Positions 1 to 13,975 are shown, counted from the first letter of the whole stretch. The stretch is DNA of 63,634 bases, filler included, from Sphacelaria rigidula (GCA_964200075.2; 9 parts of 9 records of this genome joined end to end with filler, not necessarily neighbours in it); one strand, 5' to 3'. Program-made: numbers and translations. Notes: generated from the sequence alone by a model not told the origin.

Positions 1-3000
1 CCTCCCACCTCTGGTCCGGCTGCTGCAGTGACCAGCTCCGTCATCTCGCACTTATCCTCTGCCATTCCATACTGCACAGTCTCCACTTGAGCTCTCGCCT
101 GGCCTCGCAGCGCGCGAATCAAAATCTCGTTACTTTCTCTCGCCATCATTCTGTGCAGTTCATCCTCTGCCGCCGATGCTAGCTCGTTTTGGTCGGCTGC
201 GGCTCTCGTCGCACTGCCCGTGCGACCTGCCATTTGTGGAGGCAGAGACAATTCATCGTCGAGTGCAAGACGGCGTAGCTCCGTCCTTGGGATTTCGGGA
301 GCTCCACCGCCCCCCCCGCCCTTGCGCTCGGGGGTGTCTACGGTTGTCGGTGTTGTTGCTGTCGGCGTTGGCGGCGGCGGCGTTGCTGTTTGCGTCGGCG
401 GCGGCGATGTTGCTGTCGGCGGCGACATGGCTGTCGGCGGCGATGTGGCTGTCGGCGGCGATGTGGGGGGCGCTGATCCCCCGTCATCAATGAGATGTCG
501 GACAGGGTTGCGTAAAATCCCGCGCCCCCCCCCGCTTCTGGAAGGAAGCGGCGAGGTCATCTCACCCCCCCCGCCAATAGCGGGGGTCTGTTGTGCCGCT
601 TCTGCGTCTGGCTCTGGGTTGGGGAGCAAGAACGACACGTGCTGTGAACCGCGGGGTGAAGCACGTGCCGCCGGAGTTTGTCGTTCCGCGGACTCGCTGC
701 CGGCCGTCCCTTCCTCGATCTTGTCATCCCTCGCTGCGTCGGGCGTCGGGATCGCTTGCTGTGGGGCAGGGAGAGGAGTAGGGGGGACATACGCCCATGT
801 TACGTGCCTGGTCGTAATAGTTTGTCCTGTTTCCGTTATCACTCTCATGGCATCGCGCGAATATCCTGGGGCTGGTCTAAGGTACCAGCACCTCTGAGCT
901 TTTCGTTGTAACTTGTCTGTTCTCTGAACTCTACAAAATCCTGGCTTTAGAAAGGAAGGAGGTTATTTTCCGGTGGTACTCCGTGCCACATTTCGTGTGG
1001 CGTCTTGTTTCCCGGGTTAGCCGAGGTCGCAGTACCGTTCAAAGCATGGCATGCCCAGTTAGCCTGTTCCGCCCACAGATTTTTGCTATTTGGGATGTTC
1101 TGGTTCGGGTACATGTCCGATGCCTGAATCCTGGCTGCAAGGCCGGCCGCCTCTATTATGCCAATTGCACGCTCCGCTATGCCGTTGAACTGTGGGGAGT
1201 CAGCAGTCGTTTTCTCTTGTTTTATTTTCTCTCTATCACATAGGTCCTCGAACGCCCCCTCCGAAAATTCACCTTCACCATCACTGCGGACCTTCTCGAT
1301 TTTTCGCGGGTGAAATTCGGCGATGTATTTACTAAAGTACTGTACGGACTCGTTCTTTGTGCGCAGAAAAAACAATCTAGTGTGCCGCGAGCAATCATCG
1401 CGTACGATCATCATGTACGACTTTCCTCCCCGAGAACTAACTGGTTTGGCCCTGTGAGATCAACAAACACGCTGGAAGCTGGCTCAACTGCTCGTGTATG
1501 AGTCGATATCGGGATGGGCTGCCGAAGTCCCTTTCCTTCCGAGCATCCTCGGCACGGTCTCAACTCGCCCCTCAGCTCCACTCCGAGCTGCTTTGCTGTC
1601 CGCCGGAGCAGATCCTCGTGAACATGTGCGTGTTTGCAATGGAAATCATTTATGTCTTCAACTTGGGGGTTGGGAAGTTTCCCCGGGGCAATCACAGCGC
1701 ATGCTGACGCATGCTTGTCATGACCATTCGGAAAGATGCGGGGGGCGTACATGAATAGTTGTCTGTGTTGACCGGGGATCTTCAGGGTATTGCCTGATTT
1801 CAACTCAACCCGGAATCCATCACTAGACCCAGTGTAGGTGTGACCCGCGTTGGACATCCTGGTCAGTGACAACAGATGTTGACGGACACAAGGTGCGTGG
1901 TCTACATTTTTCAAGTGTAAGACTATATCGCGTCCGTCAGATCATAAAGATAGAGACAGGTAACCTCTTCCTACGATCGGGTAGGTACCACCGCCCGCGA
2001 ACCGAAGTACCCTTCCACTGCATTTTCTATAATCCGTCATCATACTCGAATCTGGAGAAAAATGCGATGTGGCCCCCGTGTCAAGTACCCACGGTTCGCC
2101 CCCATCTGACTGTACTACAACCCCCTTCCCAGTTGCAAACGCATACTCGCCTGGGTTGACCTCGTCCATCGTCATGTCGAGGCTGGTAAACGCTTCTGCA
2201 TCAGCATCCGAGCAGACGGAGTCGTCGTCCACCACGTCTTCCGCCACGCCCATCACAATCGCCGCGTCCTCCACAGTCGCCGCGTCCTCTCTTCCCGCAC
2301 CTGACACAACGCCTGTCTGGACAGTCTCTCGCCCGATGTGTGGTCATCTTCTGACAAACGTGGCACCTCCACGGCGGCGCAGCCCCCGACTGGTTCTCTG
2401 ACGATGAAGCCTGCGAATGGTTGTTTTTGCCCTGCCCCCCGTCACCTGTGCGACCTGGGTTTTGGGTCTTCCCCGGCTCACCTTTCCGGTGTGGACCGTT
2501 AGGTGTGCCGGGATGGCCCTTGACAGCAAGGGCCTGGTCGCCCGGGGAAGCCTTCTCCCCCTTGGCGAGTTCCTGCTTGAAAAGTGCCAATTTGAAACGT
2601 TTTCGAACCAACGTCACTACGACTTCCCTCGTGAGTGGACCTTCGCGCTTCTCCAACGCCTGTTTTTGGTAGTTATACTCGCAAGGAAGCGCATTGACAA
2701 ACTTGAGGAAGGTTTGCGCCTCCGTCAGGACGATGTTGCTGTCGTGTGATTGTAACTCTCTCGCCACCTCTTCCATCTCGATTAGGTTTTGAACAGGATC
2801 ATCGCAAACTCCGATCTTCACGTGATCATACTTTTCTAGGAGAGCTAATCTAGCTCCGTTGGTCTTGGGGCCGTAGAAATCATTCAAGTCACGCCACACG
2901 GCTGCCGGAGATGGGATTCGGAACAAAACATCCCGGTCCCGCTTATGTTCGAGACTTGCCACCAACATTTGCCTCGCTCTCACGTTTGCAGCTACAGTGC

Positions 3001-3467
3001 CCTTTCCGTGCCTTGTTTCAAGAAAACTCAAGGATAACGCCTTGTTCCCCACCTCCACATCGTACGCCCTATTTTCTGACATAGTGAACACCCAATCAAC
3101 TGCTTCACTTCTTGCAAACATGATCAGTTCGGACTGTAGTGGTTGAACTCTGAACTCTTACCAGAGAATTTAGGTACAGCTGCCTTGAAAACCGGGACCC
3201 CGGAAATATTTGGGACACTCGGTCGATCGTGACCGAACACTGCGACGGACTCACTTGCGGGGTCTGCACCCCTTGCTCCGTCGCTTGTTGTCCTGTGGTC
3301 GCTCCCGCTTGGAGCTCCCTACTCACCCTCTTGGCTCCGTCTTCGACCTTGAGGTGTGCTGTGGTTGGCTACGCTGTCAGCCTGGTGTTGTTGTGTTGCT
3401 TGATCTTCTTCGCTTTCGACGACGCCACTCCACCTCGCGCCTCCGGATTATCGATCTTCGATGCCAT
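1..3467 (-). mobile_element. Ty1/copia LTR retrotransposon, degenerate internal region (gag-protease-integrase; RT would lie beyond the contig start)
   Basis: Minus-strand ORF pieces in copia order: gag with zinc knuckle CHVCQKMTTHRARDC (2201-3121; probable start ATG at 3467), protease WVLDTGATSHF (1942-2307), GAG-pre-integrase H..H..CRGC (1411-1914), integrase core VRSDGEGEF...PQFNGIAER...LWAE (947-1414). Frameshifts separate the pieces. Confidence 0.93.
947..1480 (-). pseudogene. copia integrase catalytic core (rve), frameshifted near 1412
   Basis: VFVDLTGP / VRSDGEGEF / SPQFNGIAERAIG motifs, followed by KTPHEMWHG and PFLKPGF, which are typical of copia integrase. Confidence 0.9.
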
Positions 3468-3589
3468 CTACCCTACCCTGTATTACAGTTTGTGTAGATT
3501 GTACATCTCTAACCATCTCTGTCAGTGCGCTAAACTGACCACTGAACAGGCTCATCATACTTTCAAGTTAATTCGTCAGCCCGTCTAAC

Positions 3590-6500
3590 CTTTCTTCTGA
3601 AGACGGAGCGTTACCATCGTTCCTAGCCATACTTGCCCAATCGATCGATCACTAGTGTATTCCTTGGCTCAGGCACAGGGTAATGATTTCAGATCTTTTA
3701 TTGAAGAGCACCCAAGTTCTACTCTAAGTTGGGAGAGTGCTGATGAGATGGAGGTAGATGAAATGAGAATGATCAAGGGGGGGCGGATTGCTCCGTTGCT
3801 CTCAACTGTACTGTACCACATTTGCACACACTTGACTGTCGGTACTCGTACGTCACCCCGACCCCCGGTTCTACGTAGATCCAGCATTACTGGGTATCTG
3901 AATCACTCGAAAATTTTGGTGCTGGATGCATCTGCTGTTTCTACATGTCCGGGCACTGGGACACTGATCGATCCACGGGCGCCTGGGTTTTCATGTCCGG
4001 GTTCTGGGATACCTTCGGTTCCACTGACACCTGAATAGTACAACGTCCTCGTGTTAGTAACAAAGCGATGCATACGATGTTTTCGGCGTGTGAGCATTGT
4101 GTTTTCTTGTCTGCCCATCGTCAAAATGATCAGCACTACCCCGATTGCTGAGAGGTTATTTTCCTTGGGAAGTTGCCTTCCAGTCACCGTTGACATGTCG
4201 AATATTCTTCCGTTCATGTCTGCATTGTTCTACCGTCGTTTTTGTTTTCTTCTCTTGTGACCCTCCTTGATCTCCGAATTGTGACCCCGGGCTACTGTTT
4301 CACCGTTGAGCGTTTTGCTAGGACGCTGGAACAGTCTGTTGGACAATCACATCCGTTTCCGTTACCCGGTATTTTCGGATTTCGACTCCGGATGTGAGCG
4401 CTTTGCTAACCCAATGTCATGACGGTATATACTGAGGATGTGTCTACTTTGTGATGTTTCGTCAGCTCGATAGGTTAGGTCAGCTGCTGGGCTGTATCTT
4501 TCGAGTCTCATTAATCTCCGAATTTTGACTTCAAGTTACTGCTCAACCTTTATGCGTTTTGCTAGGACGCTTAAACAGTCTCTTAAACAGTCACATCCGT
4601 TTCCGTTTCCTTGCAGCTTTGGATTCCGAGTCCGAATGTGAGCATTCAGCTAACCCTTTGTCAAAGTCCGGTGCTGAGCAATTTCACGGTAGGACAGGTC
4701 AGCCGCTGGGCTGTAGCCCTGGAGTCTCAACAGATATTGGTCGTTGTAACGACTTCTCCGACCTGGGTCTGGCGCGTGACCTACCATTTCTTTTTACAGC
4801 GTAACGTTCTATTGTAGCCAACGTTTGGTGTGGTTGGTCTCTCTGGTAGAGGTATCTGTTTGTCTAAGAACAACTCGCTCGATTTATCGACATCTGATGC
4901 GGTTGGTATTTCTCGCGGGTGATATTTCTTCAAGTGAGCGGGTTGTACTGACATTTGATTTAGAGTCGTCGCCTATTTTGATTATGTACACAACCGGCGA
5001 TCGTCTCTCGGTTATCATGAAAGGTCCTCTCCATGGTAAATTGGAGTTTCGGGCTCGGCCTTCCTGAATCCTGTTATGGTGGGTACACGAGTAACTTTTG
5101 GTCGGGTTTGAACACCGGAAAACATTTGAGTTTGTTTGTTTCTTGCTCGTTCGCTCTTTCTCATAGGGCTTGTCTCACAGTTTCAAATCGAGACTGTAGG
5201 TTTTCCCATGTTTTCTTGGAAAATTCTTCGGGTGTTACTGCTTGGCTCTTTAATTGAAACGCAGCTTTCCCGGGATGCCAAATGTAGTAAAGACTATGTC
5301 AAAAAGAGTTTTTTGTGAGGTGGTCCACTACGGACAGTACATATTTAGTACTCCAGCTTTTGACATCGAAGTTGTTTTTCTTTCGACTGAGTTTGCCGGC
5401 GCTCTTTCGTATAGCCGTCCTCTCGTAACGTGTCCCATCTGCAAGTTTTGGCCGTTTGTGGTCCGTTTTCTTGGCGTTGGTAATCTTGACATAGTGTGCG
5501 CATTCCCGTCTCCCTCTTTCTATCTTTTTTCTGCATTTGTTTTCGCGGTTGATTGACCGCTCTCGGTCACTTCGCACGAGATTCAAACGGTCAAGCTTCT
5601 CAGCTGATACTTGACGGTGATATGTGGTTCGGCTATTTGCAACGCATTGTCTTTTGGCACGTTACCACCTAGTTGTAGCGCAAACAGTCGTGAGAGGATG
5701 TGTGGAATAACATGAAGTTTGTCCGGTTTTTGTCTCTCATCATTCTCATGAAGTTTTACCGGGGTTTACATGTCGGCCCAACGGGTTGGCAATTTTGTAC
5801 TGTTTCCGTTTTATCCGTCGACTACGTGCACGCTATTCTTGGAGCAATGATGCGCGTGAATGCTTGAGGTACATCAGGCGATCAAGTGTCTTCCTCGGTC
5901 ATTATGCGCGGCTCCTCGACAGCTTTTGTGAGGTGACTTTTATCTCTCGGTAGTTGACAGTTTTGTTTTTGCAACTAGTACTGCCATTTTATTTTGTGGT
6001 GGCACACTGCATTTGTTGTGAGGAATTCGAACAGGGTTAGAACCTTTCACACCGACTATAAAACAGTATGCTGTTTCGATGTGTTGTATTTTGTGAGCCC
6101 TGTTGTTTTCGATGCGATGCTTTGATCTTTATACTGGAATAACGGAATGTTCGTTATTCCATCTGCCAGTCGAGTATACAGCTTTGAAAGCGCTCACCAT
6201 GGAGTTGTCTAGTAGTCGACAGCCCGGTCCTAGATGAGGTAATACAAACGCTTCTGTTGGCAGAGTTTTTTATTCCCATCGTAAGCTCGAAATAAATGAA
6301 CCCCAGTTTTTTTTAATGTTATGGGGGAATCGTCTGCTTTTGAGATCGATGGGTCCTGGCGGTATTCGCTTCATATCAGCTGTCATGATGGCCGGGTGTT
6401 CATCGATGAACCTTTTGCTGATACAGGGCACATCTGCTGCGGAATCAATTGCGGTTTTTTCAGCGGGGGTGCCGCTTACTCTGGATGTGACTCTCACACA

Positions 6501-6600
6501 GGCTGATGTACAGGACAGTGCTAAAGGTGCAACTCTATATCTGGCCGGTGATGATGCGTTGTAATGAGTAATAACCGTGATCGTCAAGATCGAGTTGCAA
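3590..6600 (-). mobile_element. Highly degenerate Ty3/gypsy-like pol remnant
   Basis: Aspartic protease motif TAIDSAADVPCIS (6270-6587) and its continuation LPTEAFVLPHLGP; RNase H C-terminal-like KPDKLHVIPHILSRL near 5690-5735; many stops; an internal ~244-bp-period duplication (4270-4420 vs 4515-4665). Confidence 0.55.
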
Positions 6601-6982
6601 AGGGGAGACTGCTGTTTCGATTTGGAGTCAACAGCCCCTGCTTATAACATCGCAATTTTTCTGGCTGCCGGTTGAAAAATTGTCCGCGTAGAATGTAACG
6701 TTACCGATTCATTGGGGGTACAGCGGAGAATGTACATGATGAGAGCTTCCACCCTCAGCTTGTGGGTTGGGATGCGGTAAGACCATCCGATACCCTTCTT
6801 TCGCTCGCTCGCTACATGGTAGGGAATGACAAGGTCGTGCATACGCAGGTTGGGTAACTTATTTGTTTATGCTATTTCGAGTCACCGCGTTTCCAAAGGT
6901 TGGCTTACTTGATTGATTGCCGTGCCTTGCGCGCGATGGTGGTGGAAGGTGATAGTGGATTCGCTGTTTAATCAGCCGTTCT

Positions 6983-7082
6983 NNNNNNNNNNNNNNNNNN
7001 NNNNNNNNNNNNNNNNNNNNNNNNNNTTAATTAATTAANNNNNNNNNNNNNNNNNNNNNNNNNNNNNNNNNNNNNNNNNNNN
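6983..7082. other. Artificial 100-bp contig linker (first of eight)
   Basis: N44-TTAATTAATTAA-N44 (stops in all six frames). Identical linkers at 14065-14164, 21147-21246, 28229-28328, 35311-35410, 42392-42491, 49473-49572, 56554-56653. Confidence 0.99.
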
Positions 7083-7979
7083 CTGCCTCTCGTTTTGGAC
7101 AGGACGCGCCTCTGTGTGCTGAAAATCATGTCGTTGAAAAATAGGGCAATGTTCCCGTCACCGCTACTACTGTTCTCTGTCACACACATGCCAGCAAGGA
7201 CTGTGTGCTGCGGCGAAAACAACAGATGTATCTACTTTGAACTTGGGGGGGATGTTGTTCATCGTTGATTGTACCCGACATGTATGCGAGTGACTCTCTG
7301 GGTGCCCAACGACAATAGCGTGCGAGACGCCACTAGGGGGCGGGGGTGTACGAGAGATCAAACACTTGTGAAGACCTTCTTGACATGCGGAGTGAAATAA
7401 TATACCCATGGTAGTGATGTAATCGTTGCTAGCATAATACAGAGGGGTGCGTCCATGCTGCAATCTTGTGGTCTGAGGAACTATGGTTTCCCTGTCCCCC
7501 CGCCAGGTATAAAAGAAGGACGACAGAGGTTTTGCAAGCGCGAGTAACACTCGTGGGGAAACATGTAGGTTTTCCCACCTGCAAACTCGATGAAAATCCG
7601 CGTTTTCCCACCTGCAAACCGTTTTATGCACGTAGCTTTCTAGTGAGAACATTCAACCGTCGATTTCTGTTCCGTTCTGTACTAATTAATTGTAGTATCT
7701 CAATGTCAGCAAAGTTTGGTATTGCTGTTCTACAGTATCTTCGCACGTGTGGACGGACCCAAAGCGGCCACTTTCCCTCAGACCACAAGAGTCCTTTAAT
7801 CATGGGAAAACCGAACGGTTTCGTTTTTATAGAGGTTGCGAAATCTGGTACATGTTGCTACGCCGGGCGACCTCTGTGCAGACAGACGCCAGCCAGTCCA
7901 GTAGAGCGACGAAAGCTAGCTATGATCGGGTTTGCCTGCCGTACGGCCGCCAGCGTTGCTTGAAAGCCATAAGACCTTT

Positions 7980-8235
7980 GAGCAATGCTACGATAGGGGT
8001 TGCACTTTTTGTTCCTGGGTCTCGTTTTTGTAGGAGCCCAAATGTATGGATCTTATTACTGTGTAACCCAAATCTCCGGGGACAGGACATGGAGATGCAC
8101 ACGGGGGCATTTTCGTGAATTGGCATCATTTTCAGTCTCCTCTAAGTGAAAAAGATGCCGATTCTTGAAATGATCCACGCAACACCCCGAGAAACATTTC
8201 CGCTCAAAAAGTGCAACCCTACCGCAGCATTACTC
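7980..8235. mobile_element. MITE with GAG...CTC termini and 4-bp TSD (Sola-like)
   Basis: TIR GAGCAATGCTACGATAGGGGTTGCACTTTTTG / CAAAAAGTGCAACCCTACCGCAGCATTACTC; TSD CTTT at 7976-7979 and 8236-8239; a second copy starts at 21083 and is cut by the contig end. Confidence 0.85.
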
Positions 8236-8709
8236 CTTTGGGGTCGGCGGTTGATGGCGTGGGTGTCCAATGCAACGACAAGTGGTTGATCATAGAGCAT
8301 CATTGTTCTTCATGGGATCATACCTCGCCCCAGGTTGTAATGCGTGACCTCCTCGCATCGGAATAATTCTTGAAAGCTACTCTACCGAGGTGTTCACGCA
8401 GCCAGCGCGTGCGCTCCAGATTGCAGCATGGACGCACCCCTCTGTACCACGCTAGCAACGATTACATCACTACCATAGGCATTTTTTTCACTCCGCATGC
8501 CAAGAAGGTCTTCACAAGTGTTTGATATCTCATACCCCCCCCCCCTAACTGGCGTCTCGCACGCTATTGTCGTTGGGCACCCAGAGGGTCACTCAAATAC
8601 ATGTCGGGTAAAATCAACGATGAACAATACCCCCTAAGTTCAAATTGGACATATCTGTTGTTTTCGCCGCAGCACCGCCCTTGTTGGCATGTGCGTGACA
8701 GAGAACAGT

Positions 8710-11167
8710 TATGGGTGCGCCTGACCCGCCAAAATCGGCAAAAAAGTGTCACCGACCAAAAGCACGAAAAGACCAGAGATCTCGCTCAGAGTCATCCTAC
8801 GATAGGGGGGGGGGTATTTTGGGCCACTTCTTGCACGAAATTTCGAGTCAAATCGTCGTTGAAAGCAGCAACGGTTGCTCGAATGAGCTTGTTGTCCATA
8901 CGCGACGCTCATTCATACCGATCGACACGGCCTTGAATCAAATACAAGCGCACCGTGGGTGTGGCAGGTCGTCTGACACACCTATAGACCTTTTTTCGTG
9001 CAATAAAATACCCCCTCCATAACGTAGGATGACTCTTCATCCCCTGATTATGCACGCCGTGAAATCTCTCAAAGTACTTGTGATTTGAGTAGGGTTTCTA
9101 CTTGACGATTTCCCATTTTCGTCGTCCCGGACTACGAACCACGGGGTGCCTTGGCTACTCACCGGCGTGTATTTCTCCAAGCTACAATCGGACACCATTA
9201 TGGAACCAAAGGAGTTATGGTGATCGAGAAAATCGCGAAAAACCCATGTTTTTCCCACCTAATTTGTTTTAAAACTCGCATCCCGATGAGATAAAAAAAA
9301 CTCGACTACGGAATTTGTAGCTGTCGTCTTGGCGCAGATGATACAAAACTCGCATCCCAATCGATGGCCTTGGCGATGAGTAATGGGGGCAACCGTTTGG
9401 GCTACGAGCGCAAACCAGCGCCCCCAACACTCGCCGGTTTCCATGACATGCGAAAACCTCATCCCTATCAAAGGGCCTCAAAATAGATTACACCCATGAA
9501 TGACTCTTGAAAGTGCAGATGGATGATACATCGCATGTGTGGAATGTTTGTCTGGTGTAGAATTTGAACCTTCGACCGAACCCCTAGAAGCTGCCGTGTC
9601 TGCGAGACATTTACCCCCATCTGTGCATCGCTCGTGATAGTGGCAAGCGTAGCGCTCGTTCTCCTGCACCCGGTGCCATCACCACGCCAATATCGATAGC
9701 GTAGCTTTGTATCTAATCTAACCTGGCAGCAAGTATGGACAAACTCTGAATTGAAGGAGAAAAGAAAGCCATAGAGCAAGCTGGCGATCAACAAAAAGAG
9801 CAGTATCCGCAATGGCAACACACTCCAACAACAGCCGTTATGGACATGATCATGAGCCGCACGAGCGAAAGCAAGAATCATCTCGGCGATCATGCAGCAG
9901 CGAATCGAACAAATTATAACACCAACCCTAACCCTAACCAAAACAAGGGCATACCGAGAATCCTCGGGCAGGGCGGGTACAACGTGTTCCCTAGGCGAAG
10001 TGTGCGTCGCCAGACCCCAAATCGGTGCCCCAGGCGCCGATTCAGGCAGAACCGCGTTGTGGGCACGCTAGGAGCATGCTAGAAGCACCGCTCCCATAAA
10101 AAGATGCGGATTTCGGTGTTCACAATGAAATCAAGATGGACTAACTTGCCCTCCCGAATGTTCAACTATATTGCGTCAAGACGACACAAAAGACAGCATA
10201 AAGTCGTCGGCCCACTTTTGCTGAAGCCACATGGCACCGAAGCCCCATTCATGTCTTTCAGAGCACCCATCCGTTCTTAGACACGCGTCTGCGGTATTGG
10301 TAGTGGTGGGTGACGACCGACGGTTTCTTTTTATTCCCTCTTGTAACGCGATACATTTGGAGTCCGATGAAAATCACGCATATTCATGAAATGAAAAGGC
10401 ATGCCCACGGAACAACAAATACACTTGCACAAGACGAGTCATTCATCCGCTAAAATTGTAGAACGATGAGATTGGATAAGTCTAACTCCTCAAAACATGA
10501 CGAGGAGATCGACCGACATCCGCCCAGCCTAATTGACACACCCGGCGACTGTTCTCCACTCGTCTGTGTAAGGGCCGTCCTCGTTAAAGTTCATCAGTAC
10601 ATATTGTTCCGTCGCATATTGAGCATATGATTCTGCCTCAATTTTGATTCGCGTTCCCAAAAGTAAATGGTTCAGCGTTACGGTTTCAAACACCGGCGTT
10701 GTGCTACAAATGTTCATGGTTGATATCACTTGGTTTGAGTGTGTACAACGAGAATCGGATTTCAAGTAGGACTGACAGTCCCGTGGGCTTCTCGTGTGAG
10801 CGGAACGTGTTTTCGTTGAAATCGGCGCCACATGCGCAGATTTGAGCTCTACCAAGGCCTCAATTTGTTTAGAGAATGTATGCACCCCCTTGCCCGAGGT
10901 TTCTCGGTGTGCGTTGGGTTGGGTCAACCCAACTAGCCTTCTGGCATTCTAGCGTATCGCAAGCGCGGACGAAAAGCGACAACAACGGACGTAACGGTAA
11001 GGTTTTCTATATAAGTTTTACATCCATGTCGTTCTCTTCCGATGACGTGAGGAATATTGTACCCGACGAGCTTGGATGAGCCCCAAAAGTCGATCTGTTC
11101 GTGTCTGTTCGTGATTTTGGTCGGTGACACATTTTTTGCCCATTTAGGGGGGTCAGGCGCACCCATA
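8710..11167. mobile_element. 2458-bp non-autonomous TIR element with 5-bp TSD ACAGT, nested in an AACAG-family repeat
   Basis: ~65-bp TIRs TATGGGTGCGCCTGACCC...GGGTCAGGCGCACCCATA; ACAGT at 8705-8709 and 11168-11172; removing it restores GAGAACAGTAGTAGCGG as in the intact copy near 21766. Partial copies at 34662-35310 and 14230-14465. Confidence 0.9.
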
Positions 11168-13490
11168 ACAGTAGTAGCGGTGACGGGAACATTGCCCTAT
11201 TTTTCAACGACATGATTTTCAGCACACAGAGGCGCGTCCTGTCCAAAACGAGAGGCAGGCAGAAATCGATCTTCGCATTCGTGAGCTCGACAGGCAACAA
11301 CACACGAAATCTCTCCGCATCTCGATGTTGTGGCACATGAGAACTTCGGTACATGCTAGTAACATCCAGGATGCCAGTCTCTCGAGCGATTGGTAATCGC
11401 CGAGCGAGGACACACGAAGGACACGGGCGAGGAGCTTACTCTCTGTCGTCGCTTCTCTCTCTGGTGATATCATCATCGACGTGCATGTACACAGCAGTCG
11501 TTCGGTGCATTTAGCCACAAGTGATTATTCATTGCTGCAGAGTTTCGGGGGGAAAGATGGTTTCGCTCTGTGTAACTTCGTCGCATCATCCCTGCAAAGA
11601 AGATATACCACTTGAACCTCACTTTGGAGATCGATCTCTTTTTTCAGGATCCGCTGTTACATCTGGACTGTAATTTTCGTGAGAGAATGGCGAAATATCG
11701 GCTGAAACGAACTTACCTCGTGCTTGATAGTGTGGTCTCACTAGAAAAGCATGTCTCGTAGAGGATGAGAACAAAACAAATGCGACAGCATCCTTGAAGG
11801 GTTCGACAATACACTGTGAAACAGGAATAATGGAGCGCGTGAGGCTGAAATAGCCATTGCCCCGCTTCTTCCTCGTGTCGCGTTTCTTCGTGCACGAATG
11901 GGCTGCCGCCACAGCACCCGGGTCACGATGCGCCGAAAACCACCCGGGGCCCCGACCGCATCGAAGGTACACTATTCAATCCTGCGTGTATGATTTGTTT
12001 TGAAAGCTGTCGCTAGCGGGTCGGCTCCTGTGGTGTATGACCTCACATCGAGTCGATGTCCCGCGCAAAAAGGTAGCTACTATAACTGGGGCGTCACTAA
12101 CCCCTTTGGGACCGGGTTTCCACTAACCAGGGGTGAGGACCTGGTTTCCACGCAGGGTCCACTCGTGAACCGTCATCGTTTTCAGTCGCTTTCAAGTGAA
12201 AATGATGCCGATTTTCAATGGACCCTCATCCCCGGTAAGTCCACTCCGGTCGAGGAAGGGCTCACGGGACTTGTTTTTCAGACGAAATATAGGGTGTTTT
12301 CAGAACAGTTCGTACTTTTCCGGGAAAATGTGAAAGAAGGTTTCTTGACCAGGTCAGGCAATCGATGAATCTAAGACTAGAGTGCTTTCAGCTTGCTCCG
12401 AAGATCCCGCGTCTGCCTATCTATTTTTTAGGCATTTTCTTGCTGGAGAAGTTGGGGGAAAAACAGTCAACATTTCCTGAAATATTCGAAAAGGTCTGAA
12501 AATGAATATTTAAAAAGCGCCCTTTAGTGGCGGTGATACTCGCCACCCGACAGTCAAGCGACGAATCACCATGTAATGGGGAAATATGTCTGTCGTAGCA
12601 CGGGCATGAAAGTGGTGATCAAAACCAAGGGAAAAAAAAACATTCTCGTTGTGTATAGAGACAACGCGCCCCCACGGGGATCAGATATTATATGTAATTT
12701 TTGTGTGTGTAATGTATGGAAGAAACATAATGAGCTATGGAAGAAACGTAATGAGCGCCGGAATCTTGGAGGTGTCTCTCGTAGGAGTAGGAACGGTGCT
12801 CCGTCTCGAAAGGGATGCGTGGTCAATGGTCACACGACTAAGGCAAGCAACAAATGAGTACGTCCCCCTTACCTCCCCGGGACTGTCCAGCAGCACCTGT
12901 ACTGTATTTTCTGCAGAGACCGTTCATCCGAACTCTTCATTAGGATGAAATGGGTGGTATAAGTGTGATCATGTACTTACTGCTAGATCAATTTCGCACA
13001 ACACAGACGTTTTTCAGTCCAACGTGAGAGAACACAGAAAAGCTCTCGATATTTGCTGAGCAGCACGCAACAGCACCGAACACATCATTATCGCATACGA
13101 TGAGACTCTGCACGAATGCCCTCTGGAGCGCAAACGCAACGCGAACGTTCCAGCAAGAAGAGAAACCCGATGCACCAAAACAAAAGTATCCTCTCTGCCT
13201 TCGAATCATACATGTTTACAAATCATTTTTCAACACAAGGGGGTTGCACGAATAAACCCCTTTTCAACAACACTTCCACCACACCCTGGACAACAGTTCA
13301 CGTTAAACGTTGTACTGCGTGCAGTGTAATATATTTTGTCTATTGCAACAGACACAATAGTCGATACTGCACGGCGTGCACGATACTGCACGGCGTGCAC
13401 GTTTTGACAAATTAATCTCTTGCCATTATTCAAGGTGTGTAGTTCACACAGAAGTGCGTCGACCCTCGACGACTGGAGCTGATGCCAATT

Positions 13491-13975
13491 AACAGCGGAT
13501 CCTGAAAAATGGAGTCGATCTCGAAAATGAGGTTCAAGTGGCATATCCATTTTGTAGGGATGACGCGAAACAGTTACACAGAGCGAAACCATCTTCCCCC
13601 CCGAAACTCTGCAGCAATGAATAATCACTTATGGCTAAATGCACCGAACGACTGCGGTGTACACGCGTGTCGATGACGATATCACCAGAGAGAGAAGCGA
13701 CGACAGAAATGAAGCTCCTCGCCCGTGCCCTTTGTGTACCGTCGCTGGGCGATTACCAATCGCTCGAGAGACTGGCATCATCGATTGTACCAGCATGTAC
13801 CGAATTTTCCATGTGCCAGAACATCGAGGTGTGGAGAGATTTCGTTTGTTCTTGCCTGTCGAGCTCACGAATGCGAAGATCGATTTCTGTCTGCCTCTCG
13901 TTTTGGACAGGACGCGCCTCTGTGCGCTGAAAAACAGGGCAACGTTCGCATCGTCACCGCTACTACTGTTCTCTA
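13491..13975 (+). repeat. High-copy dispersed repeat family with AACAGC(G/C)GAT terminus (AACAG family)
   Basis: Similar sequence at 7083-7467, 8320-8709 plus 11168-11658, 20935-21082, 21385-22271, 28329-28751, 31718-32765, 49398-49472, 63567-63634. It accounts for the recurring spurious MAKCTER/TISPEREATT ORFs. Confidence 0.9.

Noticed and set aside
220-897. Gly/Val-rich plus-strand ORF
   Set aside because: Antisense shadow of the copia Pro/Thr-rich linker containing 18-bp repeats.
7027-7038. Regularly spaced TTAATTAATTAA motif every ~7.08 kb
   Set aside because: Synthetic six-frame-stop linker inside N runs.
11219-11518. Multi-copy small protein family (MAKCTER... ORFs)
   Set aside because: These are chance ORFs in the AACAG repeat; frames and stops are not conserved among copies.
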